DNA from: an uncultured bacterium | GTDB lineage: Bacteria; Poribacteria; WGA-4E; WGA-3G | NCBI GenBank assembly: GCA_964652195.1 | Contig: CAZZBB010000060.1 | Coordinates: forward strand, 39,003 to 103,002 | Direction: 5' to 3' | DNA: 64,000 bases | Part shown: piece by piece, positions 40,014 through 53,536 of the stretch | Numbering within the stretch: position 1 is the first letter of the stretch | How the letters are laid out: the number at the start of each line of letters is the position of its first letter | Program-made: the position numbers and the translations under genes | The notes under the pieces: generated by a model | The model's input: only the letters and a program-made list of their open reading frames with translations | The model's database searches: none | What the model was told of the DNA's origin: nothing

Positions 40014-40037
40014 TATAACATCCGAGAAAAGTCTAAT

Positions 40038-41249
40038 TTATTCTTCAACTCTTTCGATTATCTCACCAGTTTGTCGATCTCTATAGATACGTTTCATTCT
40101 ACCGTCAGGCATTCGTTCATCTTTAAGATGTGCAAGTCGCTCATCAGCATCTGTTCTACTTACATGCATGTCCGCAGTTTCTGATGATCCGCGCCAATCT
40201 TCAATTTCAACAGTCTCCCACTTTTTAGACTTAGCGGATTTATAACATGCATCAATGATTGCATTAACTACATACCCATCATAAAAGGTTTCAAGTGGTT
40301 CGCGTTCTTCATCAATTGCATTGAACATATCCAGGAACATATCACGGTAGCCAAGTTCCGCGACTTCATCACCAACAGGAAATAACCAACCTGTGTCACT
40401 TTCTGCTTTTTCAGCGACATAGCCTCCTTGACCAACAGCAGAAAACATTTCAAAACCGGTACGTAGCCAGTGATTGAGCCAAATAGTTCCTTCACTACCA
40501 GACACCTCATCTCGCAAATCCATTCCACCTCGAAATGCCCAACCGACTTCAAACTGTCCCATTGCTCCACTTTCAAAACGTATAAGGGCAATTCCGTGAT
40601 CTTCAGCATCTATTGGATGGACAAGTGTATCCGCCCAACACATTACCTCAAGTGGTTTATTATCTTTCCCAACGAAATTCCTGATAATCTCAATACAATG
40701 ACAACCCATATCAACGATTGCGCCACCACCTGCTTGTTCCAAATCCCAAAACCAATCACTATGTGGACCTGGGTGTGTTTCGCGAGACCGTACCCATAGG
40801 ATTTTACCTAATGCACCGTTTTGAACTGATTCTAAAGCCTTCAACGTCTTCGGAGGATAAACCAAATCCTCAAGATAACCACCAAACACACCTGCGGTTT
40901 CAACAATATCAAGCATTGCTTTTGCTTCTTCACCAGTTCTTCCGAGTGGCTTAGTACATAGGATCGCTTTTCCTGCTTTTGCTGAAAGCTCTACTGCCTT
41001 CAGGTGTAAATTGTTCGGTAATCCAATAACAACAACATCTGTATCTGGATGATTTATAGCTTCCTCCAAATTGGTCGTTGCGTGTGGTATATTCCATTCT
41101 TCAGCAAATGCAGTTGCCCGTTCTTCGCGTCGAGAGTAGACAGAATGCACTCTATCTGCACCTCGTTGGTTGTGCATGGTCATTGTATAAAACATACCAA
41201 TGAGCCCAGATCCGAGCATTGTAACCTTATGATTTTTCTGTTCTGACAT
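40038..41249 (-). CDS. Gfo/Idh/MocA family oxidoreductase
   Basis: [14 protein letters not shown] Rossmann N-terminus. 403 aa. Confidence 0.85.
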   Translation of the reverse strand: MSEQKNHKVTMLGSGLIGMFYTMTMHNQRGADRVHSVYSRREERATAFAEEWNIPHATTNLEEAINHPDTDVVVIGLPNNLHLKAVELSAKAGKAILCTKPLGRTGEEAKAMLDIVETAGVFGGYLEDLVYPPKTLKALESVQNGALGKILWVRSRETHPGPHSDWFWDLEQAGGGAIVDMGCHCIEIIRNFVGKDNKPLEVMCWADTLVHPIDAEDHGIALIRFESGAMGQFEVGWAFRGGMDLRDEVSGSEGTIWLNHWLRTGFEMFSAVGQGGYVAEKAESDTGWLFPVGDEVAELGYRDMFLDMFNAIDEEREPLETFYDGYVVNAIIDACYKSAKSKKWETVEIEDWRGSSETADMHVSRTDADERLAHLKDERMPDGRMKRIYRDRQTGEIIERVEE

Positions 41250-41306
41250 TCATATCTCCATGATATACTGATTTTCTAACAGGTTTGTAATTGACATCTT
41301 ACAATC

Positions 41307-42365
41307 TTATTTAACTTTATAAGCTGAAATCACACCCCAATCATCCACTGTCCAACAATGGTTTTTATCTGTGGCATGCACACCTTTAAGAGTTCCACTC
41401 CCACCTGCTTTTGAAGCATTCCATGTTTTTCCACCATCCGTGGTATGTAATACAGCACTATAATCACCAACTGCCCAACCTACCATGTTATCAATAAAGA
41501 AAATATCATGTAAATTATCAATAGAATTGGTTTCTTGTTGTTTCCATGTAACGCCATCGTTGGTGTGCAGAATTAACCCTTCCTGCCCACAAATCCAACC
41601 GGTCTTTTCATCAAAGAAGTGAATACCGAATAAATTATTATCGAATCCTGCTTCCCGTTTCTCCCATGATTCACCACCGTCTGTGGTATGTAGAAGAGTG
41701 CCGAAAGATCCGATAATCCACCCCTCACTGGATGAAACAAACCATATATTTTCAAGATTGTTCCGAGTTTCTCCAACGCGCGCCCGTTCTGAACTCCCGA
41801 TCCAGGTTTCACCACCATCCGTTGTTTTGAGTATCGTATTTTCTGATCCTGCAATAAAACCTGTTGTATCACTTATCATCTGAATTCCTAATAACCTTGC
41901 CCGAATTGGTCGAGGATTATTATTTTGTCCACTACTCTCATTTCTCGCAATTTTACGATTCCAAGTTACACCACCATCCTCAGTATGTAATATCGTTCCC
42001 CTATCTCCTGTGATAAACCCTATTTTATCATTTACAAAGTAGATATTATTAAGTGTCGGTGGACCTCCACGACCAAATCCTCCAGGTCTTTGTCGAGTTC
42101 CAGCCCCTGGTGGTTGCATATTTACATCTTTTTTCGTCCAGTTCTTTCCACCATCTGTTGTCACAAGCATTAAACCACCATTACCTACCACCAAGCCCTT
42201 CTGATTATCCGTAAAATAGACATCCTGCAACATACCTTCGATTCCGTCCCCGCGGAGGATATCATCTTCTCGAAGTACTGTCCACTTTGCATCTGCTATC
42301 GTAAGTGTAAAAAAAGCTACGATGGCTATCAATACTATGAAAAAAGTGATATTCGTTCTGAACAT
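41307..42365 (-). CDS. BNR/Asp-box repeat protein (Ycf48-like/sialidase-like beta-propeller), secreted
   Basis: Six or more S/TxDGGxTW boxes (TTDGGKNW, TEDGGVTW, TTDGGETW and others). Confidence 0.8.
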   Translation of the reverse strand: MFRTNITFFIVLIAIVAFFTLTIADAKWTVLREDDILRGDGIEGMLQDVYFTDNQKGLVVGNGGLMLVTTDGGKNWTKKDVNMQPPGAGTRQRPGGFGRGGPPTLNNIYFVNDKIGFITGDRGTILHTEDGGVTWNRKIARNESSGQNNNPRPIRARLLGIQMISDTTGFIAGSENTILKTTDGGETWIGSSERARVGETRNNLENIWFVSSSEGWIIGSFGTLLHTTDGGESWEKREAGFDNNLFGIHFFDEKTGWICGQEGLILHTNDGVTWKQQETNSIDNLHDIFFIDNMVGWAVGDYSAVLHTTDGGKTWNASKAGGSGTLKGVHATDKNHCWTVDDWGVISAYKVK

Positions 42366-42416
42366 AGAATTCTCCTTATTAATAGTAGGTCGTCTTCGTA
42401 TGTGTTAATTCTAACC

Positions 42417-44609
42417 CTAATTTTTTTGAAATTCTTCATAAATTTGTCGTGCTTTACTATCAACATCCTGAAGATAATTCCGCCCAATATACTCAATATA
42501 GGATTGAGTTAATTCTCCACTTGCTTCACCAAATGCCTTAGCATATTTACGACACATATCCTTATCAGGTCCAGAAGCATATGCCTTCGTTTTTGCATCT
42601 GTACCAGATTTCCTAACTTCAACAAACATGTCACCAAAGATAAGATAACTGCCATCCCCTACAAATTGCACATTCTCAAGAGACGTAAAATCAAGGTCGG
42701 GGAGTGTTTCTGATAGAATTCGTCGTACTTGATCTATATCAATTTTCCCTTCTCTTAAAGCAATTGCTAGTCCTAAAAAAAATAGATCGTTTTTATCCCG
42801 TTTAGTCTCACCTTCTATCTTCGCACTTCTTAGTTTTTCTGGATTCGGTTCAGACTCGTTGTAATAGGTAATATCTTCTCTCACATCACAAGTTGCCGTG
42901 ATTCGACTTTCATTGAAAACAGTTTCAAGATAATCTGACAATGGAATGTCCAATTTCTTACAATGAGCAGCAAGAGCAGTAACCAATACCATAGATTCCC
43001 CAGCAGATTTCTCCCGCATAGCAATAGCAGACCGTCCACCTTGACTACGTATCAATTCTTCAGGACCAGTTATCATACCACCACTCTCTTCCCCAGCAAA
43101 TACCAAACGCGGTTGCATCCCCAGATTCACGGTTTTACCATAAACATCCTGAACAACAACAGGTTCATTTGGCTTTTCAGCAAGTTGTCGTTCTATCTTT
43201 TTCATCACTGAAGCGATTTCCTTGAAACCTACTGGAACATTGATTACATTGACATCGTTAGTAGATCCCCACTGGTCCCAAGCAAGTGCCGAGGGTGTGG
43301 TCTTTATCATAAATCGTGGATATTTTTCCCATAAACCCGCTGTAATAAGCTGTTTTCTATGGAAATCCATTAACATGAGAAACGCCTGATTTGGGGTATA
43401 GACTGTCAAGAGTCGTTCTTCATCAAGGATTAGATATGTGATACCAAGTTGTTCTAACAGCTCTGCCCGCGAGATACCCTCTATCTCACATACAATTAGC
43501 CGATCTCCATCTGGATCAGTCGTTTCAATTATTGTTCCTATAGGTTGGTCTTTTAGTTTCGATGCATATTCAGCAGATTTGACTACATCAATAATACTAA
43601 AATCACACCCAAGATCATAGAATTCAGTATTACCAGTATTTGGATTTCTATCCAGTTTTCCAATGTTATGATATAACGGGTCCGGTTCAACATGTAACCA
43701 ACGAACAGAATCCGCAATCCCTAACCGCTCAAAGATAGAACGCATAGGACGGTACATACACCCCCCGACACAATCGACGACAATGGATGGTTTTACCTCA
43801 CGAATCAGCTTAAGGTTGGCATCCGTTGCTACACCACTTTTTAGGTAACCAACATAGATATGTATGCCATCATGGAGTTCGTCTAACCTTTCATAATCAA
43901 TGTTTTCGTGGTTAACCGCACTAAATTCAATTGTATACCCTTTGGTTTCAGCAGTTTTTAGTATTTCTTCAATTTTTTTAACAAACCGCATAGACTCTTC
44001 TGGTAAGTATTGGCTTCCTTGATTGTTTAAATCTTTGGTTGCATTTTTTGTGCTGACAGAATGGCTTGAGGTTACATGTTCCCCACCATCCAAATCTAAA
44101 ATAAAAATGAGAAACGATGCCATCCAAATCGGCAGTGTGCCAAACCCTTTGGGAACATAAGTCTTTATATTGTTTGCCGCTTGGATACGAGAGATGAATT
44201 CTACGTATTTCTGTGAGTTATAACGCACCTCACATCCAGCAAGTTTTTCTACTGGCTTCCCTTCTAACAATTCTTTAGCTACAAGGCTTTTACCAAGCGT
44301 TGCTAAAATAACCCCAATCTGATTTATTGGAAACCTTGTATCCCAAGGATAAAGGATATTCTGCGGTCCTCGAATACCAGCTGTTGATACCTGCGCTTCC
44401 TTTGCATAATTTTTATACCAATCCCATAACTTCAAACGATTAACTACTTCCTTATTGAGTTTGAAACCAAACGCATCAGGTTCATCTTGAGGGAAAAGGG
44501 GTTCTTTGATGTCTTCTGGTGTGTTTTGTTCAACAACAGCAAATAGTTGCTTTTCTGTTCGGTTCCGTTTCTCAAGATAAGCTGTATCTACAGCAATAAC
44601 CATCTCCAC
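42417..44609 (-). CDS. alpha-D-phosphohexomutase family protein (PGM/PMM-like), unusually long at 730 aa
   Basis: TAGIRG, active-site TSSHS, Mg-binding DPDGDR, sugar-binding GEESGG. Confidence 0.75.
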   Translation of the reverse strand: MEMVIAVDTAYLEKRNRTEKQLFAVVEQNTPEDIKEPLFPQDEPDAFGFKLNKEVVNRLKLWDWYKNYAKEAQVSTAGIRGPQNILYPWDTRFPINQIGVILATLGKSLVAKELLEGKPVEKLAGCEVRYNSQKYVEFISRIQAANNIKTYVPKGFGTLPIWMASFLIFILDLDGGEHVTSSHSVSTKNATKDLNNQGSQYLPEESMRFVKKIEEILKTAETKGYTIEFSAVNHENIDYERLDELHDGIHIYVGYLKSGVATDANLKLIREVKPSIVVDCVGGCMYRPMRSIFERLGIADSVRWLHVEPDPLYHNIGKLDRNPNTGNTEFYDLGCDFSIIDVVKSAEYASKLKDQPIGTIIETTDPDGDRLIVCEIEGISRAELLEQLGITYLILDEERLLTVYTPNQAFLMLMDFHRKQLITAGLWEKYPRFMIKTTPSALAWDQWGSTNDVNVINVPVGFKEIASVMKKIERQLAEKPNEPVVVQDVYGKTVNLGMQPRLVFAGEESGGMITGPEELIRSQGGRSAIAMREKSAGESMVLVTALAAHCKKLDIPLSDYLETVFNESRITATCDVREDITYYNESEPNPEKLRSAKIEGETKRDKNDLFFLGLAIALREGKIDIDQVRRILSETLPDLDFTSLENVQFVGDGSYLIFGDMFVEVRKSGTDAKTKAYASGPDKDMCRKYAKAFGEASGELTQSYIEYIGRNYLQDVDSKARQIYEEFQKN

Positions 44610-45007
44610 TCTCCAATACTTTTTGATATTATACCATAGACTTTCAATTTGTGATATGTTAATTCATTGAAGACCTTTGTTAATAAGATTAAGAAATCTC
44701 TTAGATAAGAATAAGTCTTCAAATTCTTTCTTATAGTAATATATTTGCATTAAATAAAATCTTATGTTAAACTATATTTCACGTTTCTCATTAATTCAAC
44801 TCTTGTATTTATAACGCAAATTGATATTGTAGATATACAGATTCAATTTACGACTGTTGGAGCGGGAAGCAGAATCATTTTATTTTACAAGAGTAAAGTA
44901 TAAATAATAATAATAATGTGGAAGACGTAACATGAATTTTTTGTATCAAAATCATTAAGGTTTTGCATTCCTTAATCTTCAATTACATACATGAAAGGAA
45001 TTACAAC

Positions 45008-45373
45008 ATGAGTGACGAAGTCATTTCGCGTATAAAGCAACGCCGTCGTGAGCTAAAAATGACACAAACAGAATTGGCAAAAGCAGCGAATTTAACTCCT
45101 GCAGCTATTTCTCAGTTTGAGTCAGGAACTCGTAAACCTTCTTTTAATACACTTTCAAGTTTATCCGATGCATTGAAGGTTACAACAGATTTCCTGCTTG
45201 GAAAGAAAGAGCGGGGTTATGACGACTTATTGGCTGATCCAAAGGTTAACTTGATGTTCAGAGGGATGATGGAATTTACAGAAAAAGATAAAGACACACT
45301 TTATGAATTCTATGCATTTCTTAAGTCAAAAGCAGAATCCGTACCAGGTGAAGGTTCTGAGGATGCTGAGTAG
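45008..45373 (+). CDS. XRE-family HTH transcriptional regulator
   Basis: MTQTELAKAANLTPAAISQFESGTRKPSFNTLSSLSDAL. Confidence 0.8.
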   Translation: MSDEVISRIKQRRRELKMTQTELAKAANLTPAAISQFESGTRKPSFNTLSSLSDALKVTTDFLLGKKERGYDDLLADPKVNLMFRGMMEFTEKDKDTLYEFYAFLKSKAESVPGEGSEDAE

Positions 45374-45387
45374 TCGATTCAAATATA

Positions 45388-45428
45388 CGAAGGGTAGCCC
45401 TGCGGCTAAAGCGTAGGGCTACCCTTCG
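45388..45428 (+). terminator. strong hairpin after the XRE gene
   Basis: cgaagggtagccctgcg-gctaaag-cgtagggctacccttcg. Confidence 0.45.
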
Positions 45429-45536
45429 CGATTTAAAAATCAAGATTTTTCAATTGACCCAGATGTATCGCAGAATTACTCGGTATTGTAATTTTGGAGC
45501 GGGAACTTCCTGATAATTGTGATGGTTGTTTGATGC

Positions 45537-45773
45537 GTGTTGGGAATGCATCCGGTAAAAGCATATCTTCAAAGTGAAAAAAGAGCGAATCAATTTGCAG
45601 TTGAATTGTTGATGCCTACTCCCATCTTTTTAACAGACTCAGCCTCACTTTTACACCGACCATATAGTGATCATTCGGCAGGTAAAAACGACAAGATTAT
45701 TAAACATTCACGGCGAATTCCAGATACAAAGCAAGTAATCACCTTTCTACGTCTCCCCACTAAATTTTGCTAA
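45537..45773 (+). pseudogene. ImmA/IrrE-family metallopeptidase remnant (C-terminal fragment only)
   Basis: The family motif ANQFAVELLMP is present, but the HExxH region is missing upstream. Confidence 0.4.
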
Positions 45774-45905
45774 TATTTATCTCCATCACAGATTCAACGA
45801 TAAATCAACATATATACTCGGTTCGATGTAACCTTGTGTGTAATTAAGTAAAAACTAACCTACATGAAAAGATAGTGCTAAAGCGCGATTTATTTTCTAC
45901 CACCA

Positions 45906-47939
<2,034 letters not shown>

Positions 47940-47980
47940 TTATATTCAATTTAAACGAATCAATTTATATATGATTACAT

Positions 47981-48006
47981 AAAAAAAGACGGAGAAACTC
48001 CGCCTT
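47981..48006 (-). terminator. rho-independent terminator of the aldehyde dehydrogenase gene
   Basis: Minus-strand sense: aaggcggag-ttt-ctccgtc followed by TTTTTTT. Confidence 0.5.
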
Positions 48007-48057
48007 AATATGACTATAATATGTTGGACGACATGATCTTGCCGTGGACTATTTACC

Positions 48058-49482
48058 TCACAAAGTGTGATTAGATAAATTGTCTGCAAGGGTTAATCGT
48101 CTTTGACGTGTAAACGTTCGGGGGCGGGTGTATCCTTCACCAGTTGGTCCGGCGATAGTCATAGCCAAAAATCCTTCACCTTCTAATCCACAAGATGCAT
48201 ACGAAGGTGCATTGACAACTACAACGGTACAATTCATTGCTTTAGTATATTGTGTGATTCGTGCTGTATTATTGGTATGAATCATGGCAGTATGTCCTCT
48301 TCCACCGTCGGCTGCAACAGCACCTTTGAGGGCTTCATCAAAATCCATCACACGAACTACTGGCAGAATTGGCATAAGGTATTCATTGATGACAAATCCA
48401 TGGTCAGCCGGAACTTCAACTACAATTGCAACGGTATTCGCTGGGGCAGTAATCCCTGCAGCATCTAAGATGGTCTTCGCGTCTTTACCAATGTATTCTT
48501 TATTTGATTCACCATTCTCTGTGACAACAGCTTCAAGTGCTTCACGTTGGCTTTCACCAAGAAGGTGTCCACCATTTTGTGTTAATTCTCGGATTGCATC
48601 ATCCGCAACGGATTCAACAACAAAAAGTGCTTTTTCACCTATACACAACAAGTTATTATCAAAGCTTGTTCCTGAAATAACATGTCTTGATGCCTTTGGA
48701 ATATCAGCAGTTTCATCAATAATTGCTGGAGGATTACCTGGTCCAGCTGCGATTGCTTTTTTACCACTCGATAACGCAGCTTTTACAACACTCCTACCCC
48801 CAGTTGCAACAACCATAGCAATGTCATCATGATCCATAATCTCTTTGGCTGTTCGCAATGTAGCATTAGCAACGGATGTAAGTAGATTTGCAGGTCCGCC
48901 AGTTTTCACAATCGCTTCATTTATTACGTGCATTGTCTCTTCAGTACATTCACGTGCGTTTGGGTGAGGACTAAATATCACAGCATTACCTGCAGCAATC
49001 ATAATTATCGCATGATTTATTACGGTTGATGTAGGGTTTGTTGTGGGTGTAATCGAATTTATAATTCCATAGGGAACATATTCTATCAGGAGTGTACCGT
49101 TATCACCAGAGATAGACTCTGAAATAAGATCCTCCATACCAGGTGATAGATTAACCGCACCTTCATTTTTCATCACTTTATGCTCAGGATTTCCCATTTT
49201 TGTTTCTTGAACAGCTAAATCTGCCAGTCTCTTTGCATTTTCAAGCGAGGCTTTTTTCATAGCTTCAATTATTTCGCGTCGTTTGGCAAATCCGAGTTTA
49301 ATGAGATCATTTTGTGCGGTTTTGGCAGCCGCAATTGCCTCCTCAACAGTATTAAAAACCCCTGAACGGGATGATGAAGTTGTGACTGTTGGAGAAGGTG
49401 TAGGGACAGTTTTGTTTTGTTGCAGTGTAGTTAGGACTTGGGAAACAATTTGTTCAATTTGTTTCTCATCAATTTGCGCCAT
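48058..49482 (-). CDS. CoA-acylating aldehyde dehydrogenase (PduP/EutE-like) with a BMC encapsulation-peptide-like N-terminus
   Basis: SFDNNLLC catalytic Cys region. Amphipathic helix IDEKQIEQIVSQVLTTLQQ at the N-terminus, then a T/S/P-rich linker. Confidence 0.8.
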   Translation of the reverse strand: MAQIDEKQIEQIVSQVLTTLQQNKTVPTPSPTVTTSSSRSGVFNTVEEAIAAAKTAQNDLIKLGFAKRREIIEAMKKASLENAKRLADLAVQETKMGNPEHKVMKNEGAVNLSPGMEDLISESISGDNGTLLIEYVPYGIINSITPTTNPTSTVINHAIIMIAAGNAVIFSPHPNARECTEETMHVINEAIVKTGGPANLLTSVANATLRTAKEIMDHDDIAMVVATGGRSVVKAALSSGKKAIAAGPGNPPAIIDETADIPKASRHVISGTSFDNNLLCIGEKALFVVESVADDAIRELTQNGGHLLGESQREALEAVVTENGESNKEYIGKDAKTILDAAGITAPANTVAIVVEVPADHGFVINEYLMPILPVVRVMDFDEALKGAVAADGGRGHTAMIHTNNTARITQYTKAMNCTVVVVNAPSYASCGLEGEGFLAMTIAGPTGEGYTRPRTFTRQRRLTLADNLSNHTL

Positions 49483-49742
49483 TCAGTCCTCCAATAATTC
49501 AAATCAGGTAGATATAAACTGAAAACGAAGAAACCAGTAAACCTTGTAAGAGCCACACCGATTCTTAACAAGAATTCAATAAGAAATTTCTGTGTTAGTA
49601 TCGGTTCATTTAAAATATAGTAAATAGTTTTGAGGGATTCAATAGAACAGACATTTGTGATGTCGATGAATCCTACTAAACTTTATCATGCTCACTATTA
49701 GACGCTGGTACAAGTCACACTGATCCTAACGCATACAACGGA

Positions 49743-50036
49743 TTAGGCATCCGAATCATCGGAAGCTGCACCAAGAATTGCTTCGACATCGGAATGTGGA
49801 CGAGGAATAACATGTACCGATACCAATTCACCAACTGCTTTGGCTGCTTCAGCACCAGCATCTGTTGCTGCTTGTACAGCACCTACATCGCCGCGAACCA
49901 TGACCGTGACAAAACCCCCACCGACCTGTTCTTTTCCAATTAATTTCACATTCGCGGCTTTCACCATTGTGTCAGCTGCTTCAACAGCACCAACTAATCC
50001 TCGAGTTTCAACCATTCCTAATGCTTCATTGCTCAT
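49743..50036 (-). CDS. bacterial microcompartment shell protein BMC-H (PduA/EutM/CcmK family)
   Basis: [26 protein letters not shown]...[19 protein letters not shown]. 97 aa. Confidence 0.9.
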   Translation of the reverse strand: MSNEALGMVETRGLVGAVEAADTMVKAANVKLIGKEQVGGGFVTVMVRGDVGAVQAATDAGAEAAKAVGELVSVHVIPRPHSDVEAILGAASDDSDA

Positions 50037-50444
50037 ATCATATGCTCCTTATCTGTTCTATATATGTAAAATACGACGGACTGATTACTCTCAATAATAC
50101 TTGTAAGGTGATAATGAAAATGCAGTCCTTTAATCATTACGAACTGATTTATATGATACTATAAATGCGTGTTTTCTGCAAATCAATTTTCAAGTAATAA
50201 CTATGATTTCACCTTATACAATATGGATAGGTATAGCTTAGTTATTTCAAACTTAATCTTGACTTTTAATAGGATATTTGATAAAATATCTTGTAGACTA
50301 AATAACAATCAGTCAGCAAACTTTCTTAATTAATAGAATCTGAAAACACTTCATCGTCCATACACTGTTTTTGTGTTGGATTTCCAGTTGTACTTGAAAA
50401 TAATATACCCTTGGACGGTTCAGATTCTGAACGAAGGAGACTAC

Positions 50445-51998
50445 ATGTTGGATAAGAAAATGGAGGCGAAACAGGTTGCGGGTGTTAGAAAAACCCTGTC
50501 TGAAGTTCCCGCTCCCTCCGAGTATTCCCCTGTAACAGAATCAATTGAACGGGCAACAGAATTAGGGGAAGATGGAATAGCATCAGCGTTAAAGAATTTT
50601 AGTTCTATGCCGCAATCCACGAATGTATTCGCTAATCCTGTTTTACACAAGACTGGCGTAAACTGTGGAGACACACAAATAACACTCAATATCAGAAGTT
50701 TTGGAATTCGCGGAATTGTAACTGAAAGCGAAATAATAGCAAATCAACTTTCACCCGCTTTTGTTATCTTTGCCGGTCTCTTTGGCAGAAAACCTATACA
50801 ATCTGATGAATTAGATGAAGAAGCTATCCTTTCAGAAATAATAGACAAGAAATTTTATCGTTGTACAAACCTTCGTCAAGAAGGACTTTCAGGGAATCAT
50901 CGCCTCATCAATCAGGTAGCCGAATTTGTAAAAGCCTTCCCTAATGCTGGACCTGAAACAGTCATTCAACATTTTTCCACACTCCGAAAATTAAGCAATC
51001 CAAATCAAAAAGGTATTAAAGGTACAAGAAAGCAAGGGGCACTTCTTCTTGAGTTAATCACTACACATATGGAAAATGTTGCCTTGGGAACATTGTCTGT
51101 GTATATGCGTCATCAGCTCAGAAACAGTAACGCATTACATCCACAAGTGCTGGCAATGCGTGCAAATGATCTTATTGAGGAACACAAGAAAAGTGGAAAA
51201 ACCTCCTTCCAAACCTGTTATAGTCTTCTATTAGGTAGAGATGCCAGTTCTGTTGAATCGAATATATTAGAACGGATGGGGATCATTCAAACACATCATG
51301 GATCTGCTGGTTCAAACGTCGTTGCTCGATACCTTGCCACCTTATATGCTGGGGCAGTGTCAGATTTCTTTGTAGCCGCACAGATGACCTTAGACGGTGA
51401 TCGACATTTTGGGGCTATTCATGATATGACATCTTTTATTAATCAGATCGAACCTCTTGATGAAACTGCAAGGGAAACCGCGATTCGCGAGAGAATGACT
51501 ATTGCTCTTCCTACCTTCGGACATCCAGAAATTGCTGCTGCTGGACGAACAGGTGAAATCCAACAAGATCCAAGACCAGCAATCTATTTCAATCCTTTCT
51601 TAGACGCTGTTAACACAGGTGAAATCCAACTCACAGATAAACAGAGAAAACGCTTAGCAATTATACAACGCATATATCAAATCGCCTTCATTGAAGGGAT
51701 GGTTCGACCAGGACGTGAGAACGAACCACCTCTCCGTTTAACGCCTAACACAGACTTCGGTGGCTGGGCTGTTCAGGAAGGTTTGGATATATATGAAAGT
51801 GATAGAACATTCCTGACTTATATCTTCCGAGGATTTGGTTGGATAATGGATGCGCGCGAACAGCTTCAGATGAAGATTATCCGACCTGTCATTCCCCCAG
51901 ATCCCGATATTATTCCTACCCCATCTGATGATATGACGGTACCAAACGAGGTCGTATCATTACACAACATGATGGCGGGTGCTAATATATTTGAATAA
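50445..51998 (+). CDS. highly divergent citrate synthase-fold enzyme (citrate synthase-like / citryl-CoA lyase-like)
   Basis: Positional equivalents of the CS motifs: IIQTHHGSAGSNVVAR (LHADHEQNAST), DGDRHFGAIHD (GPAHGGAN), TFGHPEI...DPRPA (GFGHRVY..DPR), PNTDFGGW (PNVDFYSG). AAGGAG RBS before the ATG at 50445. Confidence 0.55.
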   Translation: MLDKKMEAKQVAGVRKTLSEVPAPSEYSPVTESIERATELGEDGIASALKNFSSMPQSTNVFANPVLHKTGVNCGDTQITLNIRSFGIRGIVTESEIIANQLSPAFVIFAGLFGRKPIQSDELDEEAILSEIIDKKFYRCTNLRQEGLSGNHRLINQVAEFVKAFPNAGPETVIQHFSTLRKLSNPNQKGIKGTRKQGALLLELITTHMENVALGTLSVYMRHQLRNSNALHPQVLAMRANDLIEEHKKSGKTSFQTCYSLLLGRDASSVESNILERMGIIQTHHGSAGSNVVARYLATLYAGAVSDFFVAAQMTLDGDRHFGAIHDMTSFINQIEPLDETARETAIRERMTIALPTFGHPEIAAAGRTGEIQQDPRPAIYFNPFLDAVNTGEIQLTDKQRKRLAIIQRIYQIAFIEGMVRPGRENEPPLRLTPNTDFGGWAVQEGLDIYESDRTFLTYIFRGFGWIMDAREQLQMKIIRPVIPPDPDIIPTPSDDMTVPNEVVSLHNMMAGANIFE

Positions 51999-52050
51999 TT
52001 GAAAGTTTCTGTTATACTCCCTTATTAATAGTAAATAGTACAGATATTCT

Positions 52051-53319
52051 GTGAATCAGAGAGGAATACCAGTGATTGATTTTGACCAATTGACGCCTCC
52101 ATCCGATGGTGAGACAATATACTCCGTCAATGGACAGAGTGTTATCCCTAATAAACCTATTATCCCTGTAATTGAAGGGGATGGCATCGGACGAGACATC
52201 ATGAAAACAACTCGTCGTGTTGTTGATGCTGCAGTCGAGAATGCTTACGGTGGCAATAAGCAGATTGTATGGTTTGATGTCTATGCCGGTGAAAACGCAA
52301 TGGAAAAGTATAACGAATGGTTGCCACAGGATACATTTAATGCCATTGAGCACTTTCGTGTTGCATTAAAAGGACCATTAACGACTCCTGTCGGTGGTGG
52401 TTTTCGGAGTTTAAATGTAACTTTACGGCAGGTTCTCGAACTATATGCATGTGTTCGACCTGTTCGATATTTTCAAGGTGTCCCCGCTCCCGTCACACAT
52501 CCTGAAAAGATGGATGTCGTCATTTTTCGTGAAAACACGGAAGATGTTTACGCCGGTATAGAATGGGAACAAGGAACTCCTGAGGTAAAGAAAGTTATTG
52601 AGCTGCTGAAAACTGAGATGGGGGTGGAGATCCGTGAAGATTCAGGCGTCGGTATTAAACCTATTAGTATTTTTGGTACCAAACGTTTAGCACGGATGGC
52701 AATTCAATATGCAATTGAGCACCGTAGAAAAAGTGTTACCTTTGTCCATAAAGGAAACATCATGAAATTTACTGAAGGGGCATTCTGTGCTTGGGGTTAT
52801 GAACTTGCAAAAGAGGAATTTTCTGATGAAACGATAGCCGAATCCGAGTTGTATGATCAATATGACGGAAATGTTCCTGATGGAAAAATAGTTGTTAATG
52901 ACAGAATTGCTGATAGTATGCTTCAACAGATATTAACTCGGACAGATGAGTATGACGTAATTGTCACACCGAATTTGAACGGGGACTATCTCTCCGATGC
53001 AGCTGCAGCCCAAGTTGGTGGTATAGGGATGGCACCGGGTGGTAATCTGAACGATGAGGTGGCATTATTTGAAGCAACACACGGCACTGCCCCCAAATAC
53101 GCGGATCAGGATGTTGTCAATCCAAGTTCACTTATCCTCTCTGCAGTCATGATGTTAGAGCATATCGGTTGGCAAGAGGCAGCAGATTTAATTATCACTG
53201 GACTTGAAAAGACTATCCTTCAGAAACGTGTTACATACGATTTGGAACGTCTCATGGAAGGTGCTACAAAGGTTCGCACATCTGAATTTGGTGAAGCAAT
53301 TATTGAGAACTTTTTGTAA
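52051..53319 (+). CDS. icd: NADP-dependent isocitrate dehydrogenase
   Basis: [37 protein letters not shown]. 422 aa. Confidence 0.9.
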   Translation: MNQRGIPVIDFDQLTPPSDGETIYSVNGQSVIPNKPIIPVIEGDGIGRDIMKTTRRVVDAAVENAYGGNKQIVWFDVYAGENAMEKYNEWLPQDTFNAIEHFRVALKGPLTTPVGGGFRSLNVTLRQVLELYACVRPVRYFQGVPAPVTHPEKMDVVIFRENTEDVYAGIEWEQGTPEVKKVIELLKTEMGVEIREDSGVGIKPISIFGTKRLARMAIQYAIEHRRKSVTFVHKGNIMKFTEGAFCAWGYELAKEEFSDETIAESELYDQYDGNVPDGKIVVNDRIADSMLQQILTRTDEYDVIVTPNLNGDYLSDAAAAQVGGIGMAPGGNLNDEVALFEATHGTAPKYADQDVVNPSSLILSAVMMLEHIGWQEAADLIITGLEKTILQKRVTYDLERLMEGATKVRTSEFGEAIIENFL

Positions 53320-53351
53320 AAATACCATTACATATAACAAGGAATAGGCAC

Positions 53352-53488
53352 ATGACTATAAATACAAAACTTGCTCTCGGAATTGGTCTGTTAGTTGGTA
53401 TTGGCTTTGGGATAGGGGTTGAGTTATATCGTCTTCATAAATGTATCTTGGAAGAATTGGTAGCAATTCGCAAGCAGGGAGAAAGGTA
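53352..53488 (+). CDS. possible small hydrophobic peptide (45 aa)
   Basis: MTINTKLALGIGLLVGIGFGIGVELYRL... Not in the ORF track because it is shorter than 60 aa. Confidence 0.2.
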
Positions 53489-53536
53489 AGTATCCTTGTC
53501 TACATGCAACACATTCCATTTATAAGAATGTAGACC

